64,000 nucleotides of DNA from Myxococcota bacterium (GTDB taxonomy: Bacteria; Myxococcota_A; UBA9160; UBA4427). The notes below the pieces were generated by a model. It saw only the letters and a program-made list of their open reading frames with translations, had not been told where the DNA came from and did not search any database. Shown one piece after another: positions 1-9,355 of this stretch; position 1 is the first letter of the stretch; each line of letters starts with the position of its first letter. A program made the position numbers and the translations under genes. The stretch covers positions 5,344,001 through 5,408,000 of the forward strand of contig OZ252299.1 of the NCBI GenBank assembly GCA_965250285.1, written 5' to 3'.

Positions 1-291
1 CTGGCCATACGTCGCCCGCCAGCCGAACGAGAACCGCGTCTGGCCGATCTCGGGGTTGCCGACGAGCTCGAGCTCGCGTGTAGCGAACCGGCGGTCGAGA
101 CCGTTCACGTTGCTGCGCAGCTTCTCGACCACCGCCGCGCGGCCTTCGGCTCGACCGCCGAGCGGCGGGCCTCCGTTCACGGCGTAGACGGCGTCGTCGG
201 TGAAGAAGGGCTCGATCACGCTCCAGTCGTCATCGGCGTATGCGCGCTCGAAGGCGGCGGCATACGCGCCGAAGCGGCCTGCAATCGACAT
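1..291 (-). CDS. NTF2/SnoaL-like family protein (runs off the window start)
   Basis: Manual translation MSIAGRFGAYAAAFERAYADDDWSVIEPFFTDDAVYAV...EGRAAVV, a SnoaL-like pattern; not in the ORF track. Confidence 0.7.
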   Translation of the reverse strand, partial: MSIAGRFGAYAAAFERAYADDDWSVIEPFFTDDAVYAVNGGPPLGGRAEGRAAVVEKLRSNVNGLDRRFATRELELVGNPEIGQTRFSFGWRATYGQ

Positions 292-386
292 GGCGACTCT
301 CCCGTTCGAATGGCGGGCGCACGATCTCGGGCACGGCTTGCCCTGATCGTACCAGGAAAGCTCGGCGTCGATGACGATGCGAAGCG

Positions 387-731
387 TCAGTCGCCGATGG
401 GTTCGAGCGCCTCGATCTGCACCATGAGCGCCGTCATCCCGATCTCGCTGCCCTTCGAGTGGATCTCGCCCCGCCGAAACAGGGCGGCCTGGCCCGGCTC
501 GATCGGCAGCCGGCGCCCATCGGCGCCTGCTGCCCAGCCCGCGCCCTCAGTCGCAACGAAGAGTTGATCGAAGCCGGCCTCGTGCGGCCCGATCTCGCCG
601 CCGGGCTCGATGTAGACGGCGTAGACGTGCGCCTCGCCGTGCCCCGAACCGAGGCGGACCGCGGCTGCCCCTCGGCTCTCGAAACGCTCGATCGCCTGCG
701 CGACGTGGCGTCCCCCATCGAGGATCTGCAA
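387..731 (-). CDS. Cupin domain protein
   Basis: IEPGGEIGPHEAGFDQLFVATEGAGW...GEIHSKGSE cupin motifs; TTG start estimated. Confidence 0.75.
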   Translation of the reverse strand: MQILDGGRHVAQAIERFESRGAAAVRLGSGHGEAHVYAVYIEPGGEIGPHEAGFDQLFVATEGAGWAAGADGRRLPIEPGQAALFRRGEIHSKGSEIGMTALMVQIEALEPIGD

Positions 732-735
732 TCGA

Positions 736-1152
736 CTATGCCTCCGGCTCGGAGTCGTCGCGTTCGATCTTCCGCCGCTCGACCCAGTCGAGGTAGGCGG
801 CGATCGTGGCCCGCACGTCGATGTCGTCGACCTCGAGATCGAAGGCGAGGGGGCGCGGTGGAAAGCCGACGCGATAGGCGCCCCCATCGGCTGTTCGTTC
901 GAGGTGGCCGTAGTCGATCATGTGCCGCCGCACGGTCACGTGATCGACGTGAATGGCTGGCACCACGTCACGCCCCCACTCCTGCAGCAGGTCGTTGATC
1001 TCCTGCTCGCTGTACGTGCGTGCGCTGTCCATCATCATGGTGATGCTCTTCATCAAGATCTCGCGGTCGCGCACCTTGCGCGGGAACCCGCGCGGCCCTC
1101 GATCGGCACCGAGGCGACAGAGGCGTTCGACGAAGTCTTCGGGCGAGATCAT
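736..1152 (-). CDS. DUF2087-like winged-helix protein
   Basis: FPRKVRDREIL...YSEQEINDLL...DHVTVRRHMIDYGHLERTADGGAY. Confidence 0.7.
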   Translation of the reverse strand: MISPEDFVERLCRLGADRGPRGFPRKVRDREILMKSITMMMDSARTYSEQEINDLLQEWGRDVVPAIHVDHVTVRRHMIDYGHLERTADGGAYRVGFPPRPLAFDLEVDDIDVRATIAAYLDWVERRKIERDDSEPEA

Positions 1153-1300
1153 GGCGAAGGCGAGGGTAGCAGCCAGCGCGTCGTGACTCGGATCGCTGCA
1201 AGGCGTGACGGAGCGCGTGGTACATTGGGCCGACGTCGTACGGCGCGCGAGGCCTGCGATGAAGTAACCCGATCGAGACTCGACGAAGGAACGGCCACTC

Positions 1301-1915
1301 ATGACCCAGGCGGGCCATCCCGAACCGATTCGCTTCTACTTCAGCTTTCGCAGCCCCTATGCGTGGATCGCCGCCGAGAAGCTCGAACACGAGCTCGGTG
1401 GGCTGGGCGTACCGATCGAGTTCAGGCCGATCTTTCCATCGCCTGAGAATTTCCCCAACGACCCGACGAGGTTCGTCGACAAGCAGCGACATCTCGTGCA
1501 GGACGTCTTGCGCCTCGCGCGCGAGGCGGGCCTGCGAGTGACGTTCCCGCCGGTCGGCGATCCCGACTGGACCCTCGCGCACGCGGCGGCGCGCGGCGTC
1601 GATCGCGAGGGGGACGTTCGCTCCTTCATGCTCGAGGTGTTTCGCAAGCGCTTCGCCGAGGGGCTCGACCTCGGTGATCCCGCCGTGATCGCCGACGCCG
1701 CGCGCGCAGCCGGCCTCGACGCCGATGCTGTGCTCGAGCTCGGTCGGTCGCGGGCCCTCCGCGCGGAGGCCGCGGCCGCCTGGGAGAAGGCTCAGCGCGA
1801 AGATCACGTGTTCGGTGTGCCGACGTTCGTCTACGCCGACAAGGTCTACTGGGGCCAGGATCGGATGCGCTTCGTGCGCAGCGCCGTCGAGCGCAAATCG
1901 GGCCGCTCCGCGTGA
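1301..1915 (+). CDS. DsbA family / 2-hydroxychromene-2-carboxylate isomerase (GST-kappa)
   Basis: FYFSFRSPYAW at the N-terminus; VFGVPTF...YWGQDR at the C-terminus. Confidence 0.85.
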   Translation: MTQAGHPEPIRFYFSFRSPYAWIAAEKLEHELGGLGVPIEFRPIFPSPENFPNDPTRFVDKQRHLVQDVLRLAREAGLRVTFPPVGDPDWTLAHAAARGVDREGDVRSFMLEVFRKRFAEGLDLGDPAVIADAARAAGLDADAVLELGRSRALRAEAAAAWEKAQREDHVFGVPTFVYADKVYWGQDRMRFVRSAVERKSGRSA

Positions 1916-3624
1916 GTTCGGCGCGCTCGGTCGCGCTCGCCGCTTCGCTGGGCCTGCTCGGCGCCGCGTGCGGATCGCCGGATCACGCGCCGGTCGAGGC
2001 TCATCCCGATCGTTGGAACGTGGTGCTCATCATGGCCGAAGATCTGAGCCCACGGCTCGGTGTCTATGGCGACGCGGTCGCGCAGACCCCGAACATCGAC
2101 CGACTCGCTGCCGAGGGCACGCGCTTCACGCGTGCATTCACGACCGCCGGTGTCTGTGCCCCGAGCCGCGCCGCGGTCTTGATGGGCGTGCACCAGAATC
2201 GCTTCGGCGCTGGGCCGATGCGGGTCAGCACCTCGCCTCTCGACGACGTGCCGCCGTACTCGGCCGTGCCGCCGGCCGAGTGGAAGGCGTACCCCGAGCT
2301 GCTGCGCCGTGCGGGCTACCACACGTCGAACGAAACCAAGACCGACTATGCACTGGCGCCCGGCTTTCGCGGGGTGACCCGCGGTGGGCCCACGACGATC
2401 TGGGACGACTGGGCCGAGGCCGACTGGAGGGCGCGCGAGCCCGGCCAGGCCTTCTTCACGATGTTCAATCCTCAGATGACCCACGAGAGTCGCGTCTGGC
2501 CGACGTGGACGATGGGCGAAGCGTCGAGCTGGGTGCTCGCGCCGATGCGCATCGGCGACCACGCGAGGTGGCCACTCGAGACGGATCCCGCGGACGTCGA
2601 GCTGCCGCCGTACTACGTCGACACGCCGACCGCGCGCGCCGACGTCGCGCGCCACTACAACAACATCGCCCTCATGGATCAGGTCGTCGGCGAGGTGCTC
2701 GATCGGCTGGATGCCGACGGACTGGCTGACCGCACGATCGTGATCTTCACGACCGACCATGGCGACGGATTGCCCCGAGCCAAGCGTTGGGTCTACGACT
2801 CGGGCATTCACGTACCGCTCATCGTGCGATGGCCCGGCGTGACGCCGCCCGGCTCGGTCAACGACGAGCTCGTGAGCCTGATCGATCTCGCGCCGACGAT
2901 CCTGGCTGCCGCCGGCGTCGACGTACCCGCCCACTACGAGGGGCGCGTGTTCGTCGGTCCTGCCCGCGCGCCCGAGCCCGAGTATGTCTTCGCCGCCCGC
3001 GATCGAATGGACGAGGCGCCCGATACGGTGCGGGCGGTGCGCGACCGGCGCTTCAAGTACATCCGCAATCTCGTGCCAGACCAGCCTTACGTGCTGCCGA
3101 TCGGGTTTCGGGACACGATGCCCATGATGCAGGAGCTGATCGCACTCGCTCAGGCCGGTGAGCTCGATGACGTGCAGCGACGCTGGTTCAGCGAGAATCG
3201 GGCCGAAGAAGAGCTGTACGACATCGACGCCGACCCGCACGAGACGAACAACCTCGCGGCCGATCCCGCCCATGCCGAAACCCTCGCGCGCATGCGGGCG
3301 GCGCTCGACCGCGAGCTGGCGGCGCATGACGATTTCGGGCTGATCGCCGAAGCGGCGCTGCGCGAGCGCTTCTATCCGGGGGGCGAGCAACCGGTGACGC
3401 CGGCGCCCGTCATCTCGCTGGTGCCCGGCGAAGGCGGCGCGCAGGCCGTCCTCGCACCCGCGTTGCCGCATGCCTCGATGCGTCATCGGATCGACGACGG
3501 GCCCTGGCGCGTCTACGTGGTGCCCTTCGACGTCGAGGCCGACGCGCAGATCGAAGCTCGCTCGGTGCGCTACGGCTGGGCCGAGAGCGAGGGCGCCAGG
3601 CTGCGCGTCGAGCCCGGCGGGTGA
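1912..3624 (+). CDS. Exported formylglycine-dependent sulfatase (probable lipoprotein)
   Basis: CAPSRAA sulfatase signature, TTDHG motif, lipobox-like LGAAC; GTGA overlap with the upstream gene. Confidence 0.9.
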   Translation: MSSARSVALAASLGLLGAACGSPDHAPVEAHPDRWNVVLIMAEDLSPRLGVYGDAVAQTPNIDRLAAEGTRFTRAFTTAGVCAPSRAAVLMGVHQNRFGAGPMRVSTSPLDDVPPYSAVPPAEWKAYPELLRRAGYHTSNETKTDYALAPGFRGVTRGGPTTIWDDWAEADWRAREPGQAFFTMFNPQMTHESRVWPTWTMGEASSWVLAPMRIGDHARWPLETDPADVELPPYYVDTPTARADVARHYNNIALMDQVVGEVLDRLDADGLADRTIVIFTTDHGDGLPRAKRWVYDSGIHVPLIVRWPGVTPPGSVNDELVSLIDLAPTILAAAGVDVPAHYEGRVFVGPARAPEPEYVFAARDRMDEAPDTVRAVRDRRFKYIRNLVPDQPYVLPIGFRDTMPMMQELIALAQAGELDDVQRRWFSENRAEEELYDIDADPHETNNLAADPAHAETLARMRAALDRELAAHDDFGLIAEAALRERFYPGGEQPVTPAPVISLVPGEGGAQAVLAPALPHASMRHRIDDGPWRVYVVPFDVEADAQIEARSVRYGWAESEGARLRVEPGG

Positions 3625-3806
3625 GCGAGCCCGACGGCGTCGTGTTCGACCCGGCGCGCCGCCGGGCGGTCGATGCCGAGCCGGGGTCGCCCGCAGCGTG
3701 CTCGAGTCGCCTTTCCCCGGTCTCGCGATCTTCTGAGGCACAGCGGCTGGGATAGCCTCTTGGTGACGTGTGCGGGGCAGGCCCGCATGCGGTCGAGAGG
3801 GGCGCG

Positions 3807-4274
3807 ATGTCGATCCGACCTGCGAACGCTGACGACTACGAAGCCATCGAGCGACTCTTCGCGCAGCAGAGCGAGCGCCACGCCCGGCTGCACCCCACCC
3901 ACGTGCGCCGCGTTTCGCCGTGCCTCGATGCGGACGCGTTTGCCGAGGCGATCGGGGGCGAGGGCCGCGAGATCGCAGTCGTCGAAGAGGGCGGCTCGAT
4001 CGTCGCGGCGGCGATGCTCGCGACGCGCATCATGGATGGGAAGTACACCGTGCCACGCCAGGTCGCGCACGTGCACGAGATCATCGTCGATGCATCGCTC
4101 CGCAGGCAGGGTGTCGGGCGCACGTTGATGGCCCACATCGAAGCCTGGGCGCGCGCCCGATCGCGCGAGGCGGTCGAGCTGAACGTCTGGGCGAACAACG
4201 CCGGCGCGATGCGGTTCTACGAAGAGCTCGGGTTCACAGTGCTGCGCTACGAGATGCACCGCCGGCTCGACTGA
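3807..4274 (+). CDS. GNAT family N-acetyltransferase
   Basis: RRQGVGRTLM motif A; NAGAMRFYEELGF. Confidence 0.85.
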   Translation: MSIRPANADDYEAIERLFAQQSERHARLHPTHVRRVSPCLDADAFAEAIGGEGREIAVVEEGGSIVAAAMLATRIMDGKYTVPRQVAHVHEIIVDASLRRQGVGRTLMAHIEAWARARSREAVELNVWANNAGAMRFYEELGFTVLRYEMHRRLD

Positions 4275-4317
4275 GGCCGCCGCGCGATTCATCGCGCGAC
4301 GCACAAGGAGAGAGAAC

Positions 4318-4563
4318 ATGGGCTCGATCGAGACGCTCAGCGCCTTCTTCGGCTGGATGGCCGTGACGCACATCTTCGTGATGATGGCGATGTTCGCGGC
4401 CATTCTGATCGGTGGGGAGTGGGTGCGAGGCATCCACTCGAGACTCATGGGCCTGAACGACGATGATCTCTCGCGGGCCTACTTCGCGTTCTTCGCGCGC
4501 TACAAGATCGGCATCTGGTTCTTCGCAATCGGCCCGTGGATCGCGCTGCAGCTCATCGACTAG
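4318..4563 (+). CDS. Small membrane protein (DUF6868-like)
   Basis: AAGGAG RBS; FFGW...YKIGIWFFAIGPWIAL, two hydrophobic segments. Confidence 0.65.
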   Translation: MGSIETLSAFFGWMAVTHIFVMMAMFAAILIGGEWVRGIHSRLMGLNDDDLSRAYFAFFARYKIGIWFFAIGPWIALQLID

Positions 4564-4601
4564 CCGCTCGGCGGCGAGCGCCATTTGGTAAGGTTCGCGC
4601 C

Positions 4602-5273
4602 ATGGCCGCACCCCGTTCCCCCGATCTGCACCCCGAACTCGTGAAGAGCCTGCTCCAGAGCCTCGCCAGCTGGGACCCACGCGCATCCGTGCCGCTGGCT
4701 CTCAAGTTCATGGAGGTCGGCGACTCCGCCGCCCTCGATGGCTTCGACGAGATGGCGCGCAGCAACCCCGCCGCCGACGGCATGCTTCAGGATCGCTACT
4801 TGAGCCCGACGCCCGACGTCGCCTACCTGGGGTCACTGCCCGAAGGCACGCTGGGGAAGGCGTTCGAGCAGTACCTCACCTCGAACGGCCTCGATGCAAA
4901 TCTGCTGCGCGAGTCGGCGTTCATTCCGGCCCACAAGGCGCGAGGCGACGACGTCGGGCATCTGGCCGAGCGCGGCTTTCAGCTTCACGACCTCTTTCAC
5001 GTGTTGACCGGCTACGACACGACGCCGCTCGGCGAAGTGCGCGTCGTGAGCTTTACCGTCGCTCAGACGCCGGCGCCGTATCCGGCGATGATCATTGCGA
5101 GCCGGCCCCTCCAGATGGTGCTCTATCGTCCGCAGCTCCTACCGGCGGTCATGGATGCGATCACCGAAGGGTGGGCGCTCGGCCGCCGTGCGAAGTCGCT
5201 GCTCGACGTGCACTGGGAAGAGCACTGGGAACGTCCGCTCGACGAGCTGCGTCGCGAGTACGATCTCGCCTGA
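4602..5273 (+). CDS. Coq4 family protein
   Basis: LPEGTLG and HDLFHVLTGY...GE metal-binding motif. Confidence 0.8.
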   Translation: MAAPRSPDLHPELVKSLLQSLASWDPRASVPLALKFMEVGDSAALDGFDEMARSNPAADGMLQDRYLSPTPDVAYLGSLPEGTLGKAFEQYLTSNGLDANLLRESAFIPAHKARGDDVGHLAERGFQLHDLFHVLTGYDTTPLGEVRVVSFTVAQTPAPYPAMIIASRPLQMVLYRPQLLPAVMDAITEGWALGRRAKSLLDVHWEEHWERPLDELRREYDLA

Positions 5274-5305
5274 CGGGCGGCGTGCGTGGTGCGCGATGAA
5301 TCGGC

Positions 5306-5692
5306 ATGAGTCAGCTGCAGGTCGGTCGCGTCATCATCTTTGCGAAGGACATGGCCCGCATGACGCGCTTCTACGGTGAGGTGCTCGGCCTCGAGCGTCG
5401 TGCGAGCGAAGACGACTCGGCCGAGTTCGTGTCGTTCGGTGCCGGTGCGATCGACGTGGCCCTCCATGCGATCGCCGAGCCCTGGGCCGGCCGCATCGAG
5501 ATCTCCGATCCGCCGGAGGCCCGTCACGGGACGCCTCTGAAGCTGGCCTTCTCGGTCGAGAACGTGGCGGCCACGGCCGCCGAGCTGAACGCACGCGGTG
5601 CATCCTTCGGTGCGGTGAATGCGTTCGGATCGCTGCACCTGTGCGACGGGCTCGATCCAGAGGGCAACATCATCCAGCTCTCGAATCGTTGA
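5306..5692 (+). CDS. VOC/glyoxalase family protein
   Basis: RFYGEVLGL...DPEGNIIQL. Confidence 0.85.
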   Translation: MSQLQVGRVIIFAKDMARMTRFYGEVLGLERRASEDDSAEFVSFGAGAIDVALHAIAEPWAGRIEISDPPEARHGTPLKLAFSVENVAATAAELNARGASFGAVNAFGSLHLCDGLDPEGNIIQLSNR

Positions 5693-5746
5693 GGGCAAGC
5701 ACCACAGGCGGGGCGCGCTCGGCGTCGTCCACATCGAGGAGGCACC

Positions 5747-6169
5747 ATGGATCAGAGCGCCATTCTCGGCCCGCTCTACGCGATGGTCGGTCTCACGATC
5801 GTCGTATGGGGGGTGATGTTCGCGCGGCGGATCCCCTTCATCCAGAACAGTGGGATGACGCCAGAGCAGCTCGCGACGCCCGGTCTGCTGAACGAGATGT
5901 CGCCGCCCGCGGTCACGAATCCGTCCGATAACCTGAAGAACCTGTTCGAGATGCCGGTGCTCTTCTACGCGACGGTGCTCGCGATCTACGCCAGCGGGCA
6001 GGTCGACGCGATCCATTTGGGGGCGGCCTGGGTCTTCGTGTCCTTCCGCGTGCTCCACAGCGCGATGCACTGCACGATCAACATCGTGATCGTGCGCTTC
6101 TATCTCTATGCCGGCTCGTGCCTTGCGCTCTTCTTCATGGCGGGTCGGGCCGCCTGGAATCACTTCTGA
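5747..6169 (+). CDS. MAPEG family membrane protein
   Basis: NLKNLFEMPVLFY; AWVFVSFRVLHS. Confidence 0.85.
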   Translation: MDQSAILGPLYAMVGLTIVVWGVMFARRIPFIQNSGMTPEQLATPGLLNEMSPPAVTNPSDNLKNLFEMPVLFYATVLAIYASGQVDAIHLGAAWVFVSFRVLHSAMHCTINIVIVRFYLYAGSCLALFFMAGRAAWNHF

Positions 6170-6268
6170 ACCGGGTGGCGCCCCGGCCGTGAGGCAGGCC
6201 CAGGCGAGGCGACGCGTCTCGTTCTCGCTCGGCCGACGGCGACGCTTCGGGCGCTACTCTCGGTGGCC

Positions 6269-6637
6269 ATGTCCGAACCCCCCGCTCGAACCGCTGCTCA
6301 CCCCACGGCCGAGGCCGTCCTCGAAGTCGCGCTGCTCGACGTGCCGGCGGCGCGGGGCGATGACTACGAGGCCGCGTTTCGCGAGGCCCAGCAGTACATC
6401 GCCGCGAGCCCCGGCTACATCCGTCACGAGCTGAGGCGGCGCACCGAGGCGCCGGGCCGCTATCTGCTGCTCGTCTGGTGGGACACGGTCGAGAGCCACG
6501 AAGAGGGGTTTCGCAAGTCGGAGCGCTACCAGCACTGGCGAGCGCTGCTCCATCCCTTCTACGAGCCCTTTCCGACCGTCGAGCACTACGTCGGCGTCGA
6601 GGGCACTGCGGGCACGGCCCCGCCGGAGAAACGCTGA
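6269..6637 (+). CDS. Antibiotic biosynthesis monooxygenase (ABM) family protein
   Basis: SPGYIRHEL...YLLLVWWDTVESHEEGFRKS...VEHY. Confidence 0.85.
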   Translation: MSEPPARTAAHPTAEAVLEVALLDVPAARGDDYEAAFREAQQYIAASPGYIRHELRRRTEAPGRYLLLVWWDTVESHEEGFRKSERYQHWRALLHPFYEPFPTVEHYVGVEGTAGTAPPEKR

Positions 6638-6639
6638 CG

Positions 6640-7461
6640 ATGGCGAACGATACGAACGAGGCGCGCGATCATGAGAAGGCGATCATCGTCGAGCGACGCG
6701 GCGCCGTCGAAACGCTGATCATCAACGATGCGCCGCGCAACCGCATGACGCTCGCGTACATCGACGAGCTCGAGGTCGAGATCGAACGCATCGCGAAGGA
6801 CGACGGGGTGCGCGCGATCGTGTTTCGAGGCGCGGGCGAAGAGCACTTCTCGGTGGGCATGAACCTCAAGCAGTTGCCCCAGGGCATCCAGGAGAAGGGC
6901 AGCCCCGACGCCATCTTCGACCAACGTCTTCGGGTGCTGTCGGCCATCGAGCACCTCGGCAAGCCTTCGATCGCGCTCCTCTACGGCTACTGCCTTGGCG
7001 GGGGTCTCGAGCTTCCCCTCGCATGCCACTTCAGGTTGGCGGCGGAAGAGGGCGCGCAGATCGGTCTGCCCGAGATGGATCTCGGCACGGTGCCGGCCTG
7101 GGGGGGCAGCGCGCGGCTGCCGCGGCGCGTCGGTCGCGACGCCGCGCTCGACATGATCCTGCGCGGCAAGAAGATCTCGGGCCCCGAGGCGCACCGCATC
7201 GGCCTGGTGAACGAGGTCTGGCCTCTGACCGAGCTCTTCGATCGGGGGCAGGCCCTCGCCGACGAGCTGGCTGCGCAGCCCCGCATCGCGGTGCGCGAAA
7301 TGCTCAAGGTGATCGTCGGAGGAGCCGGCAAGACCCTCGAAGAGTCGCTGGCCGACGAGCGGGCCGCCGTGCACGCCACCTTTGGCACGGCCGACCAGAA
7401 GGAAGGCATGATGGCCTTCCTCGAGAAGCGCGACCCGGTCTTCAATCAAGACGTCGACTAG
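6640..7461 (+). CDS. Enoyl-CoA hydratase/isomerase family protein
   Basis: FSVGMNL, GYCLGGGLELPLACHFR, GLPEMDLG crotonase motifs. Confidence 0.9.
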   Translation: MANDTNEARDHEKAIIVERRGAVETLIINDAPRNRMTLAYIDELEVEIERIAKDDGVRAIVFRGAGEEHFSVGMNLKQLPQGIQEKGSPDAIFDQRLRVLSAIEHLGKPSIALLYGYCLGGGLELPLACHFRLAAEEGAQIGLPEMDLGTVPAWGGSARLPRRVGRDAALDMILRGKKISGPEAHRIGLVNEVWPLTELFDRGQALADELAAQPRIAVREMLKVIVGGAGKTLEESLADERAAVHATFGTADQKEGMMAFLEKRDPVFNQDVD

Positions 7462-7481
7462 TCGACGGCCTGCCCGAGCGT

Positions 7482-7616
7482 CTACGACGCCGACGGGGCT
7501 TTGGCAGTGCGCTCGCGTTGCCACTTCCACAGCGACAGGCCGTGCAGGGTCAGACTCAACGGGATGATGAAGGTTGGGATCAGCACCAGCGGGAACCGAC
7601 CCATCAGCACGTTCGG
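7482..7616 (-). pseudogene. Possible 3' remnant of an integral membrane protein gene
   Basis: Minus frame PNVLMGRFPLVLIPTFIIPLSLTLHGLSLWKWQRERTAKAPSAS*, with an in-frame TAG about 10 codons upstream. Confidence 0.45.
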
Positions 7617-7771
7617 TCTCCTCGGCGAGCGAAGCCACGCCGTGGGCTACGCTCGGCGGCGTTGCTCGCCCTTCGATTCCGATGCGCGGCGAGCGTTCCG
7701 CAGGCGCGTTCCAGCATTCAGAACGCGCGTCAGGAGACGGCGCGGTGACAGGCCCTCAGACCGACCGACCG

Positions 7772-8011
7772 ATGCACATTCGCCTCTCACAAGAGCGGCA
7801 CGAACAAGTCGTCGAGGCGTTGCAGCGCTTCACGAACGACGAGTTCGACTTCGCCCTGAGCGACTTTCAGGCGGGCCGGCTGCTCGATCACATGGTGCAG
7901 GTGCTGGGTGCGCCCATCTACAATCAGGCGATTCAGGACGCACGCCGGTTCGTGCACGAGAAGCTCGACGATCTCGAAGGCGAGTTCTACGAGCCCGAAG
8001 TTCGCGACTGA
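7772..8011 (+). CDS. DUF2164 family protein
   Basis: LSDFQAGRLLD...GAPIYNQAIQDAR. Confidence 0.85.
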   Translation: MHIRLSQERHEQVVEALQRFTNDEFDFALSDFQAGRLLDHMVQVLGAPIYNQAIQDARRFVHEKLDDLEGEFYEPEVRD

Positions 8012-8030
8012 CCCAGCGCGGAGCCCATGC

Positions 8031-8552
8031 ATGCAGATCGCGATCCGGTCGGCCGAAGCACGCGATCTGCCGCAGCTCGTCGCGCTCTACAACCACTACA
8101 TCGAACACTCTCCTGCGACGTTCGATCTCGTGCCCCACACGATCGAAGACCGGCGCCCGTGGTTCGACGCCTTCGCGCGAAGCGGCCGGCATCGTCTGCT
8201 CGTCGCCGAGGCGATCTCGGAGGCCGGCGACGCTCGGATCGCCGGCTTCGCCTCGAGTCGACAGTTCAGAGCCAAGGCAGCCTACGACCCTTCCGTCGAG
8301 GCCTCGGTCTATGTCGCACACGATGCGCTCGGCCACGGCATCGGCGGCGCGCTGTACGCAGAGCTGCTGCCTCTGCTGCGCGCCGCGCCCGACGCGCACC
8401 GCGCCCTGGCGGGCATCACGCTGCCCAACGACGCGTCGGTGGCGCTCCACGAGCGGTTCGGCTTCGAGCGCGTCGGCGTGTTTCGCGAGGTCGGCTTCAA
8501 GTTCGATCGCTACTGGGACGTCGTCTGGTACGAGCTCGACCTCGAGGCGTGA
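8031..8552 (+). CDS. GNAT acetyltransferase, phosphinothricin acetyltransferase (Pat/YncA)-like
   Basis: YNHYI...ATF, SVYV, PNDASVALHERFGF...GFKFDRYWDV. Confidence 0.85.
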   Translation: MQIAIRSAEARDLPQLVALYNHYIEHSPATFDLVPHTIEDRRPWFDAFARSGRHRLLVAEAISEAGDARIAGFASSRQFRAKAAYDPSVEASVYVAHDALGHGIGGALYAELLPLLRAAPDAHRALAGITLPNDASVALHERFGFERVGVFREVGFKFDRYWDVVWYELDLEA

Positions 8553-8662
8553 CCGGTTCGTCGCGCGCCCCCTGTCTGCGCGCCTCGTTCGTCGGGTAGA
8601 CTCGGTCGCGGGGTGCCAGGGCGTGCCCCGATGCAACCGGGTTGTGACGGATTGGGCCCCGC

Positions 8663-9355
8663 ATGTTGAACCGCTGCTTCGCCGAGGCCTTCGGCACCTT
8701 CGCGCTCGTCTTCACCGGGACCGGCGCCATCGTCGTGAACGACCTGACCCAGGGCGCGATCGGTCATGCCGGCATCGCCGCCACCTTCGGGCTGATCGTG
8801 TCGGTGATGATCTATTCGGTGGGCGACGTCTCGGGGGCGCATCTGAACCCCGCGGTCACCCTCGCGTTCTTCATTGCGCGTCGCTTGCCCGGCGCCGATG
8901 TCGCGCCCTACGTCGCGAGTCAGCTGGCCGGTGCGCTGGTCGGCTCGGCGCTCGTCCGAGCCGTCATCGGGTCGGATGCCACGCTCGGGGCGACGCTGCC
9001 CGCCGGCTCGCTGGGGCAGTCGTTCGTGCTCGAAGTCATCCTCACGATGCTGCTGATGTACACGATCCTCGGCGTCTCGACGGGCGCCAAGGAGAAGGGC
9101 ATCACCGCCGCGCTGGCGATCGGCGCCACGGTCGGCCTCGCCGCGATGTTCGGTGGGCCGATCTCGGGGGCGTCGATGAACCCGGCCCGCTCGCTCGCGC
9201 CCGCCGTCGTATCGGGGCACGTGCAGCATCTCTGGATCTACCTCGTCGCGCCGCCGATCGGCGCAGGGCTCGCGGTGTTCGCGTGTCGCTGGACGCGGGG
9301 CGCTGACTGCTGCACCGCCGACGCGCCCGATGCGCTGGAGGGAGCCGGCTCATGA
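8663..9355 (+). CDS. MIP family channel (NIP/AqpN-like aquaporin)
   Basis: Two NPA motifs: SGAHLNPAVT and GASMNPARS. Confidence 0.92.
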   Translation: MLNRCFAEAFGTFALVFTGTGAIVVNDLTQGAIGHAGIAATFGLIVSVMIYSVGDVSGAHLNPAVTLAFFIARRLPGADVAPYVASQLAGALVGSALVRAVIGSDATLGATLPAGSLGQSFVLEVILTMLLMYTILGVSTGAKEKGITAALAIGATVGLAAMFGGPISGASMNPARSLAPAVVSGHVQHLWIYLVAPPIGAGLAVFACRWTRGADCCTADAPDALEGAGS

